Part shown: piece by piece, positions 53,549 through 64,000 of the stretch | How the letters are laid out: each line of letters opens with the position of its first letter | How positions within the stretch are numbered: position 1 is the first letter of the stretch | Position numbers and translations under genes: made by a program | Origin: Octopus sinensis | Taxonomy: Eukaryota | Direction: 5' to 3' | Assembly (NCBI RefSeq): GCF_006345805.1 | Contig: NC_043004.1 | Location: forward strand, 16,120,001-16,184,000 | Length of the DNA: 64,000 nt | The notes under the pieces: generated by a model | The model's input: only the letters and a program-made list of their open reading frames with translations | What the model was told of the DNA's origin: nothing | Database searches by the model: none

Positions 53549-54280
53549 TATTTACAGAGGGAGTCAGGGAGGAGGGAGAGAGAAAGATTCATTGATCAAA
53601 CAGCTAACCAAGCAATCAATTAGTTTAATTGTTTAAACTAGCGAAAAAAAGTGAATTTGAACCAGTGAATGTGCCTCTTATTATCAGCATAATGACCATC
53701 CGAAGATACAGTATTTCTGTCGACGCAAGATTTCCCAACAAGAAGTTTTCAAGCTAAATAAATAATATGTCATTTATTTGATAGTCTTCCTTAGTAATTA
53801 TCCTCGCCTCACATTTCCCAATTTCGTAGAGGCTTTTCTCTTTATTAAATATAAATATATACAAATTATATAAGAGGCCCTCTAACTTTTCTATATTATT
53901 AAAATTTCATGAACGCAATTAGTTTGCAAGTCTCTCTGCCTGAACTGCTGAGACACCGAGTCTGAGATTCTACTTATTTGCTTTTCAATTACAAACTAGT
54001 TAAGTTTTCTTTATTAAAATATTATTAGAAAAATTAATTCCTAACTGATTACTGTGTGTTTTGACGAGGCGTCACACAATGTATTAGTAGGTAATATTCT
54101 GCCGTATCAGCGACAAACTTGCTTACGTGACACTATTTTTCGTTGAAGTAGACAATATGAAAAGAGTGTCAATAAGGAAAAGGTTGTACATATAGACACA
54201 CAGGCACGCACACAATCACATACGTATATTTCTGTAAGCATGTATGTATGCATATATATATGTATACATAGATGGAAATA

Positions 54281-54586
54281 GGCTACGATCCTGAGGTTGT
54301 GAGCTCGAATCCCGGACCGGGCTGCGTGTTGTGGTCTTGAGCAAGACACTTTATTTCACGTTGCTCCAGTTCACTCAGCTGTAGAAATGAGTTGCGACGT
54401 CACAGGTGCCAAGATGTATCGGCCCTTGCCTTTCCCTTGGACATATCGGTGACGTGGAGAGGGGAGGCCGGTATGCGAGGGCGACTGCTGGTCTTCCATG
54501 AAACAACCTTGCCCAGACTTGTGCCTCAGAGAGTAACTCTCTAGGTGCAAACCCATGGTCAGTGTCTGACCGAAGGGGGTCACTAC
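54281..54586 (+). mobile_element. 5'-truncated tRNA-derived SINE
   Basis: B-box-like GAGCTCGAATCC, TCTTGAGCAAGACACTTTATTTCACGTTGCTCCAG body, distinct 3' tail. Confidence 0.75.
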
Positions 54587-54615
54587 CACTACATGTATAT
54601 ATGTATATGTATATA

Positions 54616-54677
<62 letters not shown>

Positions 54678-54775
54678 GGAGTAAACACAAATGTGAAACA
54701 AGGTGGAAAAAGAGTACTCAAATACCAGTGGTATAGTAATATGCTTATTTTAAGCAGCAGAAAATTCAACAAAAT

Positions 54776-54812
54776 CTGTTACTCTGAGTTTCTCGTTGCC
54801 GTTCATCAACAG
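54776..54812 (-). ncRNA. Hammerhead-like motif, left-arm copy (C3 missing)
   Basis: CTGT-TGATGA-ACGGCAACGA-GAAA-CTCAGAG-TA-ACAG. Confidence 0.5.
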
Positions 54813-55857
54813 TTTTTTGCTAAATGGAACCGATATATCAATTCAATCTAGATTCTTACAAACGCTACACCCTTTAAAAAGAAATGGACTTGTTTGATTG
54901 GCCCTTAAAAAAATGGTCAATCTTCGAGCGATAAACAAAAAGGTCAAAATATATGATATTATATATAAAAACTTATAAAAATTATAAAATCCGAGGAAAA
55001 ACCTTACCATTGAATAAAATACATATTGATGTTAATGAAGAAATAAAAATTAATGCATAGAAATTAAACCTGTTATAAATATTACACTGCAATACATATT
55101 TATATTAAAATGTACATATATATATCAACTACACAAAGGATGCGTGCAAACGCCATACATATACAGACGTATATAAATCTAAATATATACATAAATGCAT
55201 GCGTACATATATTCACGCAAACCATCTCGCACGCAAGTTAAAACATCTATGTAGCGATTCTCATATGCTGATATGGGGGAACGAAAGAGAAGAAGAGAGA
55301 GAAAAAGGAACGAAGGAGGGGTGGGAAAAAAACGAAATAAGAAAAAATATGTATACAAGCTGTGTAACGGCATTATTGACATATATGGAGACAATATACA
55401 GATACACAATTTCGAATGGATACAATACATACAGTCGTGTATATGTGTGCTTAAGCACAAACATACGTTCACTTAACATACACAGATACGCATGCTTACA
55501 AATATATCCATGGCTATACACATACTTATATAAAAAATTCTAATTTTGACAACATTGCTTTTTTTAAAAAAACATTGCTTTAAAAAAAAAAAAATGGTGC
55601 ACTATAAAAATATATACGAAAGACATAAATAAAATATAACACCCTATTTTGATCATTTATAAATAATCAAGGTAATCCTATACTACAATAACATGAATAA
55701 CCAAAGCCGAAGGTGTTTCCTAATGCATATGTTAAAACATAAGATTTGCTATACGGATTAAAATCCGTATAGTTTGAAACAAAACAAAATCCATCGTAGC
55801 GCTCACAGTTCAAGAGTCAAAATCAAATTTCAAAATCAAAAATACAAAATATATATT

Positions 55858-56605
55858 CTATCCATATGGTATATTTATATCGACATTTTAAATTAGCCGC
55901 GTGCCTACATAAGTCATTAGCTCACTTCTTTGATTCAAGAATTATTGTCTTTGAATAAGATGTACAATTTTCTGTAATAGGCAAAGTTTGCACTTGAAAT
56001 TATTTTTGTATGCTCCATGCCTGTATGGTGCCGCCCTGTCCAGAATTCTCCATGTCACGTTGAAAGGTGGGGTTTCCTTTCTTTAGTTCCCAGACATATT
56101 TTGCTAGGCTGGTCCTCTTCCTATTCTCTGGGTATTTAAATGAATTTTTATGAGAATAATAATCTTGTTTTAAATGAATTTTCTGAAGCCCCTGTGTATG
56201 TCTTGTATCCCGATGAGCCTTCCACTTGCACCTTGGCTCTATAAACTACTCTTTCACTAGACATTTCCCTTCTAACGGACAGGAGCTTTCGTTTTTGAAA
56301 TTGCATTTCTTAATGGGCTCGGCACCATGTCTAATCTCAATTAGCTTCCTATTATGTTGGCTAATGTAAGAGGCGAAATTTCTGCAACAAGAATAGCTAA
56401 CCTTCATGGTTCTTCTATTAAATATCCTATAGAATTTATGACCCTGCTTAAAATACTTGGAGACTAATCTCAAAAATTCCTTACCTATATTAGTCTTTAC
56501 GGCCAAATTGAAAGCCGGGTTGAACCACAAAACTTTCCTGGTCCTAGTTCTTCGTGCAGTATTATTATCAGCATTAAGCTGGTTGTACTGGATCTTCTCA
56601 GAGAA
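55858..56605 (-). pseudogene. PLE ORF 3' part: RT C-terminal region, Cys linker, GIY-YIG endonuclease (frameshifted)
   Basis: RKVLWFNPAFNLAVKTNIGKEFL...KVSYSC...HN, KCNFKNESSCPLEGKCL, then VVYRAKV...YTG...FKTRF..H...CKPCLLEK...CRH. Confidence 0.88.
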
Positions 56606-56607
56606 TC

Positions 56608-56982
56608 CAAGTGGAAGGCTCATCGGGATACAAGACATACACAGGGGCTTCAGAAAATTCATTTAAAACAAGATTTTATTCTCATAAAAATTCATTTAAA
56701 TACCCAGAGAATAGGAAGAGGACCAGCCTAGCAAAATATGTCTGGGAACTAAAAGAAAAGGAAACCCCACCTTTCAACGTGACATGGAGCATTCTGGACA
56801 GGGCGGCACCATACAGGCATGGAGCATACAAAAATAATTTCAAGTGCAAACCTTGCCTATTAGAGAAAATGTACATCTTATTCAAAGACAATAATTCTTT
56901 GAATCAAAGAAGTGAGCTAATGAACTTATGTAGGCACGCGGCTAAATTTAAAATGTCGAATATGAATATACCATATGGATAG
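56608..56982 (+). pseudogene. Inverted duplicate of the GIY-YIG C-terminal part (open frame, 123 aa)
   Basis: EGSSGYKTYTGASENSFKTRFYSHKNSF...CKPCLLEKMYI...LNQRSELMNLCRH; lacks the first GIY strand, so not a complete enzyme. Confidence 0.88.
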
Positions 56983-58064
56983 AATATATATTTTGTATTT
57001 TTGATTTTTGAAATTTTGATTTTGACTCTTGAACTGTGAGCGCTACGATGGATTTTGTTTTTGTTTCAAACTATACGGATTTTAATCCGTATAGCAAAGT
57101 CTTATGTTTCTACATATGCATTAGGAAACACCTTCGGCTTTGTTTATTTCATGTTATTGTATTGTATAGGATTACCTTGATTATTTATAAATGATCAAAA
57201 TAGGGTGTTATATTTTATTTTATATGTCTTTCGTATATATTTTTATTAGTGCACCCATTTTTTTTCTTTTTAAAGCAATGTTTTTTTAAAAAAAAGCAAT
57301 GTTGTCAAAAATTAGAATTTTTTTTATATAAGTATGTGTATAGCCATGGATATATATTTGTAAGCATGCGTATCTGTGTATGTGTAAGTGAACGTATGTT
57401 TGTGCTTAAGCACACATACACGACTGTATGTATATGTATCCATTCGAACTTGTGTATCTGTATACTTGTCTCCATATATGTCAATAATGCCGTTACACAG
57501 CTTGTATATATAATTTTTTCTTATTTCGTTTTTTTCTCCACCCCTCCTTCGTTCCTTTTTCTCTCCCTTCCTTTCTTTCGTTCCCCCCCTTACTCAGTAT
57601 ATGAGAATCGCTACATAGATGTTTTTAACTTGCGTGCGAGATGGTTTGCGTGAATATATGTACGCATGCATTTATGTATATATTTAGATTTATATTTATA
57701 CGTCTGTATATGTATGGCGTTTGCACGCATCCTTCTGTGTATGTTGATATATATATGTACATTTTAATATAAATATGTATTGCAGTGTAATATTTATAAC
57801 AGGTTTAATTTCTATGCATTAATTTATACTTTCTTCACTAACGTCAATATATATTTTATTCAATGTAAGGTTTTTTTCCCCGGATTTTTATAATTTTTAT
57901 AAGTTTTTATATATATATACATATATTTTTGACCTTTTTGTTTATCGCTCGAAGATTGACCGTTTTTTTCTAAAGGGCCAATCAAACAAGTCCATTTCTT
58001 TTTAAAGGTGTAGCGTTTGTAAGAGTCTAGATTGAATTGATATATCGGTTCCATTCTAGCAAAA

Positions 58065-58101
58065 CTGTCTGATGACGGCAACGAGAAACTCAGAGTAACA
58101 G
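58065..58101 (+). ncRNA. Minimal hammerhead motif, right-arm copy
   Basis: CTGT-CTGATGA-CG(GCAA)CG-A-GAAA-CTC(A)GAG-TA-ACAG: intact core, 4-bp helix I, quasi-palindromic ACTC/GAGT helix III, GUA site. Confidence 0.65.
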
Positions 58102-58133
58102 ATTTTGTTGAACTTTCTGCTGCTTAAAATAAA

Positions 58134-58194
<61 letters not shown>

Positions 58195-58204
58195 ATCTAT
58201 ATAT

Positions 58205-58238
<34 letters not shown>

Positions 58239-58319
58239 ATTGAGCTGACACATACACACACATATGAAAATGCCGTACAATGAAAATGAAAATTCAACAC
58301 CGCATTTTGGATTTATACG

Positions 58320-58361
<42 letters not shown>

Positions 58362-58363
58362 AT

Positions 58364-60090
58364 AATCAAATAAGCAACAGTTTATGAAGAGGTGATGCAG
58401 TACAACCGTTTCAAGCGGCTCCATTTAATTGAACAATGCAATCATTACATCAAGTGCATCAAAATGAGCGCTGATATGTGATATACTTGAACCTGGATGA
58501 GGGCAATTAATTACCCCCTAGTATTATATATAATAAAATCATGGGATATTGAGTATTGCATATGTTATAAGCTATATGTTATGGTATGTGGTATGCTACA
58601 TGTAGTTGCTATCCTATGAATAATCTTGCCTAGTTAGTCTGACTTCATCATGTTTTTGGTGATTAAACTATTTGTTCCTTTCTATGATGTTCTACCCAGC
58701 TAATTATATTATGTATTTTGTAATGGCTTTCATGTAAGTAAGCCTCCCAATTATATACACCTGTGAAATCATAAAATCATGTATGTAATAGCAAATAGTA
58801 AAGGTATCTTTATAACTTATTAAATACCTCTTCAGTCTGAATAACGCCTGCTGCTCTCACTTCTACCATCCTTATTGCTTCTTCTGTGAGGTTATCTTTA
58901 TCACTCCCCTACCTCAAATTTTAATGCTCTGTCTCTTTAGAATGTATGTTATATATATTTACTTACTATTCTCTATAATTTCTTATCATTTTGCTTTCTT
59001 ATTTTGATATATTTATCCCTTATACGTTTTTACACTTCTTAAATAGATATATAAACTCTAAGTTACTTAAGTCTATCAGAGTTGATTATAACATATCCAT
59101 AATAAAGTATAAATAGTTGTGTATATTTGCATGTGTGCGCATAGATTAATATATATCCTTCTGTATAATCTTATGTATCTGGTTTATTTTTTTTATTCTT
59201 AGCTAATAATTAATATATAGATAGCATGATTTATCGCCCCAGTATTACATAAAAAATACCCAGAACAGTATTTATAGAAACCACCTAACAAGTAAATAAT
59301 TAACTACGTGAATGAATATTAAGCTAATTCTATGTAATCTTCCGCTTCGAATGTTGAAACTTGTTATATATACATATGTTATCTATTTTGGTTATAATAT
59401 CATTTTTAATTATCTTAAATATTATCTTTATACAACATTACAACATTGTTTATATACAATCACCCATAGTACCCCATGATAATTTCCTCTGTATTAACAT
59501 CATAGGTTTAGATAGCGTCTTGCTCCTTGAACTGGTAATTAACATCTTGATTTGTGGTCTTCCTCTACCCAGCCTCTTTTATAGACGGTTATTTATACTA
59601 TCCTAGAAATCTTGACAATATTTATGACGATACCCAGCTAGGTGCTGTCAACTCACTCCTGACCTCCATTCTAAACAGACTGTTCTCTAGTCTTAGATTT
59701 GGTAGTTGATAAAAAGACTAATAAATTAAACAGGAACCACAATCCTTTACATGCTATGACCCCAACAAACTTCCTACAATTCTAAGAAGTATAGTATATT
59801 CTTAGCTACTGGCAACATGGACTCTTTCCGTCTTCTTACTCTATTATTGCATTGGAGCAAAATTATATTAATGTGTCCAACTGATTTAAAATTCTATGTA
59901 TTTATTTATGCAGCTGAGGATAGCCCTGCATTTAAATTGATGTAATGATTGCATTGTTCAATTAAATGGAGCCTCTTGAAACAGTCGTACTGCATCACCT
60001 CTTGATATCCTGTTGCGTATTTTGATTTTATTCACCTTACTTTGAGTTGTACGGATAATACCGCACTGATTTGGTGCTTCAACTTAAGTA
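58364..60090 (-). mobile_element. Degraded PLE 5' portion bounded by about 90-bp inverted repeats (58364-58453, 59937-60027)
   Basis: Inverted arms visible; minus-strand relics ILYFLEL*...KGL, VILGDKS and DY...Y..L resemble PLE N-terminal and pre-RT motifs. Confidence 0.5.
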
Positions 60091-60140
60091 ACTAATTATT
60101 TCTTTACACACACAAACACACACACACACACGCACACACG

Positions 60141-60191
<51 letters not shown>

Positions 60192-61133
60192 GCTTCCTGA
60201 TGATTTCTTTTGAATGAAACAGTTCTAGTCCTGTAGAAGCTCCTTCTATAAATTAAATTAATTTACTCTGCTATGTATTGAGTACCTTATTTACTGTGGT
60301 TAGCCCCGACTCAACCCGGGACCTACATATATATATATATATATATCCACCAGTATGCTCCCCACAACATGCATCATTAACATCCACATCCTTTGATGTC
60401 TAGTTATCTATTTAACTGATCTGTTCATTTTAAGTTTTCGCGCAGAATAATGTCGATGTGTGGTTAAATACACCATCTTCCAACGGACGAATTTTGGTAA
60501 TAATGTTTCTGCATGCCGTGGCAGACACACTTCCAGCATACGAATGGATGGCTTATTTCCTTTCATTTTTCTTTATTTTTTGCCTATCTTTACTCCAATC
60601 ATTCCGTGCACACATATTTAATACATAATATATATATAGGTGTAGGAATATGTACGTATTATTTATATTAATATTTGATTGAACGCCACACATCCATTTC
60701 CAAGTAAGTTTATCTTAATCTTTTTCTTGCGATTCGTCTTTATACTGTTTTCTCCTCCATCGCTTCCCCTCTACTTTGCTCTAATTCCCTTTCTCTCGCC
60801 TTCACCGTTTTATATCTGTCTCTCCTCCTCTTTCTTATTTTATTTCTCTGTCGTTGCTCACACGTGACCGTCGTCCATTTTTCTTCTCTTCACGTTTTTA
60901 TCAATCGTTTCTTTCAGGGCTGTCCAAAGGACTGAATGTATCTATCTCACTCTTCTATATTTTCTCTTGTCACAGAAAATACGTTCAATACTTGAAATGA
61001 GGAGTAGATAGACAGCCGACAACTGATGAAGAGTCGTTCTTTGTGTTATATGTCATCTTTTCCATCTATTTCTCTCGTTGTTTGCGTATTAAACTCCTGT
61101 GCCCATACATGCATATGTGTAAATATCATATAA

Positions 61134-61368
61134 AATATTATATATATGCACGTTAAATGCAACCTATGCGGGATGCTGTATGTAGGACAGACGGGACGCC
61201 GGTTGTCCGACCGTTTCACTGAACGGCCATTCCCTAGATGACATCTCAGTGTTTGGTCTCGCCCCCCACAATGGTCGCCCACTTTCCAGGCTCCACTTGG
61301 AGCAACGCTACATCTTCACCCTACAAACTACCACCCGACACGGACTTAACACAGCCCCCTCCTCTTGA
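61134..61368 (+). pseudogene. Internally deleted GIY-YIG endonuclease of a second PLE clade
   Basis: NIIYMHVKCNLCGMLYVGQTGRRLSDRFTE, frameshift, then LEQRYIFTLQTTTRHGLNT..*; CxxC within the GIY-YIG spacer. Confidence 0.8.
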
Positions 61369-61399
61369 GATCCGCTTCTTTTTTTTTTTTCCCCGGATA

Positions 61400-63110
61400 C
61401 ACCACCCACACACACACACCCACCTACCTCCCACACGCCTGTTCACACACATACATACGTAGACCCATCTACGTACATACATTCACACATTTATTCACCA
61501 CACTTATAGACATACATGCACACACTAACATACAAACCAACATGCACATACACACACACATACATACATACACACACACATACATACTTACAACACACAA
61601 CACACCAGACATATATACACACCATACATAACACACATACATACGCACATACACACACACACACTCATACACACACACACCGCACGTACATACTTCACAC
61701 ACACACACACCCACACATACATGTAGGCACACACACAGACATACACCCATACACTCACACGCATACACACACATACACGTACATATACACGTACATATAC
61801 ACACACACACACCTACATACATACATTACACTTGTACACACACACACTTACATTCATACACACACACACCTACACAGCCATACCCTCACTCAGATACACA
61901 CACCTACCTACACACACACACAAACACACACAGACACACACACAAACACACACAGACACACAAACACACACAGACACACACCCATACATACATACATCTA
62001 CACATGCACGCCTACACACATACATACACACATACATAACATACATAAACACACACACATACACATACACACACATACGCACACACACATTTACTTATAC
62101 ACATGCACACACACACATACATACATACACCCGTACACATACACACACACATACCTACATACTCCTATACGCACATACATACACACAGACATACACACAT
62201 ATACACTCACACAAACATACACACACACACTCACCTGCACGCGCACACACATGCATGACAAACACCCATACACTCACACTCACATACGCACACACCAACA
62301 TAAACACGCACACGCACACACACACCTACACTCCCACACACATACACACACGCACCTACATACACACACGCACGCATACACACGCACACACACGCATACA
62401 CACATACATTACACACGTACAACACACCCTACATACACATGCATACACCACACACACACACAAACATGCACGGACACACACCCCACATACATACATACAC
62501 CTATATACACACGCCCACACACCTACATACACACACATATACACAGGCCCACACACCTACATACACACACATACATACACACACATACACGGACACACCA
62601 CCTACATACATACTTACATACATCACCTATACACACACGCCTACACACCTACATACACACACATGCATACACACACACACATATACGCACATACAATATA
62701 CCCACACACATGCACACACACACACAACCCACATGCACATGCATGCATGCATGCACACGCGCCACCCTACACGCATACACACACACACGCACGCACACAT
62801 ACATACATACACACACACATACATACACCCATACATGCATCCTACACACACATACATACACATTCACACATACATACACACACACTCACTCACCACACCT
62901 GTATGTACGCGCACACACATGCACATACACACACTTCCACACCCCACACGTACATACATACACACTCATACACATACACACACACACACACACGGACATA
63001 CATCTATGCACACACATATATACACACATACTCACATACATTCATCGGACCACACTGACACCCAGACATACCACAGACACACTCACACATCCACACACAT
63101 ACATACGTAC
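61400..63110. repeat. About 1.7-kb degenerate (CA)/(CATA)-rich simple repeat
   Basis: Almost G-free plus strand; source of the 596, 408 and 312-aa H/T/Y artefact ORFs. Confidence 0.92.
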
Positions 63111-63689
63111 GCGCATACTCGCAGGCGCGCGCGCACACACGCGCTTGCGCCGGTTCGCGCGCGCATACGCGCTGCATGCGCCTCGCTCTTGGGCCCGACG
63201 AGACCTCCCGCTCGTTCCTGGGACCGTCGCTGTCGTTGGTTTTCCCACGCCCGTCTCCGCGGGACCACTCTTCCATCTTCCCCTCAGCTGGAGTCCTTTT
63301 CCTTAACCCCCCTTTTTTGTTACACACCACGCGCACACATATACACACCCACTCACACACACACATTGCTTAAATAATACATTACTCTTACACACATTCA
63401 ATCCACTCACCATTAATACTACCACGACACTGGACACACACACACACTACACTCACACACGCTGGCACGCTACATACGCCCCCACCCCTTCCCCTCCCTC
63501 CCTTCCTCCTTCCTTCTTTTTCTACTACTGACCACTGTCTGCTATGCCTACCCACTGTCCTCGCCCTACCTCAACGCCTACACACAGACGCACACACTAA
63601 CACATACATATATTTTTTTGTTTTTTATCTCGCCTCACACACACACACATACACACACGCACACACGCACACACTCACACATAACACAC

Positions 63690-63965
63690 ATCTGTTGCGT
63701 TACCAACCTTGTCTCCACTCTTTTGGCTTAAAAAACCTACTTTGCTCTTGTTACGTAAATTCCGCCTTTCACCATGTGTAACTCGTAAACACCAGTCGTT
63801 TTTTTCTCTATCTCCTGTTTTCCTCTCTCTTCCTTCTTTATGTTTCCGACGAAGAGCTCCGCTCGAAACGTCATACCTCCTGCTTCCATTTCCTGAGCGC
63901 CTATTATAATAATACTGTAATTGTTCCATGTTGTTGTTTTTTGTTTTCCCGTTTGGATTAAAATT
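63690..63965 (+). mobile_element. PLE terminal fragment ending in (TA)n
   Basis: Hammerhead-like motif plus TTTCCTGAGCGC as at 4.2 kb. Confidence 0.6.
63842..63876 (+). ncRNA. Minimal hammerhead-like motif (U4C variant, GUC site)
   Basis: GTTT-CCGACGA-A-GAGC(TCC)GCTC-GAAA-CG-TC-ATAC. Confidence 0.6.
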
Positions 63966-64000
63966 ATATATATATATATATATGTGTGTGTGATATGTAT

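Larger units (their letters stand above)
54674..58133 (-). mobile_element. 5'-truncated Penelope-like element with about 1.5-kb inverted copy (arms 54745-56228 and 56608-58133, spacer 379 bp)
   Basis: Arms are reverse complements throughout; both outer ends run into (TA)n; left arm carries about 70 extra bp of terminus. Confidence 0.92.

Noticed and set aside
60191-60241. CTGATGA...GAAACAGTT as a hammerhead
   Set aside because: Core is present but helix I does not pair next to the cleavage site; kept only as a possible relic. Same for partial motifs near 9440, 10080, 30180, 31730, 33655 and 37755.
61516-63377. 596, 408 and 312-aa ORFs as His/Thr-rich proteins
   Set aside because: All three frames are open because the CA-rich strand rarely forms stop codons; no domain or splice signal.

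Overview
AT-rich, microsatellite-dense eukaryotic DNA. The SINE families and repeat landscape point to an octopus (Octopus sp.) intronic or intergenic region; this is recognition from memory, not a database hit. No intact host gene is visible. Nearly all long ORFs in the track are microsatellite read-throughs (YI/HT/CV peptides). The window is a patchwork of mobile DNA: (1) about 20 tRNA-derived SINE copies from at least 4 families; (2) a full-length but dead mariner, an internally deleted mariner and a Tc1 relic; (3) CR1-type and L1-like LINE relics; (4) a Helentron-type non-autonomous element; (5) many Penelope-like element (PLE) pieces sitting in (TA)n tracts. The most striking signal is a recurrent PLE architecture: TA-bounded fold-back (hairpin) insertions with one longer arm, from 0.18 kb to 3.5 kb. 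It comes with at least six minimal hammerhead-ribozyme motifs with palindromic helix III, four of which share an extra A after the CUGANGA core. A three-SINE stack separated by four copies of the same short target motif is also notable. All alignments, translations and RNA folds were done by eye; boundaries are approximate.
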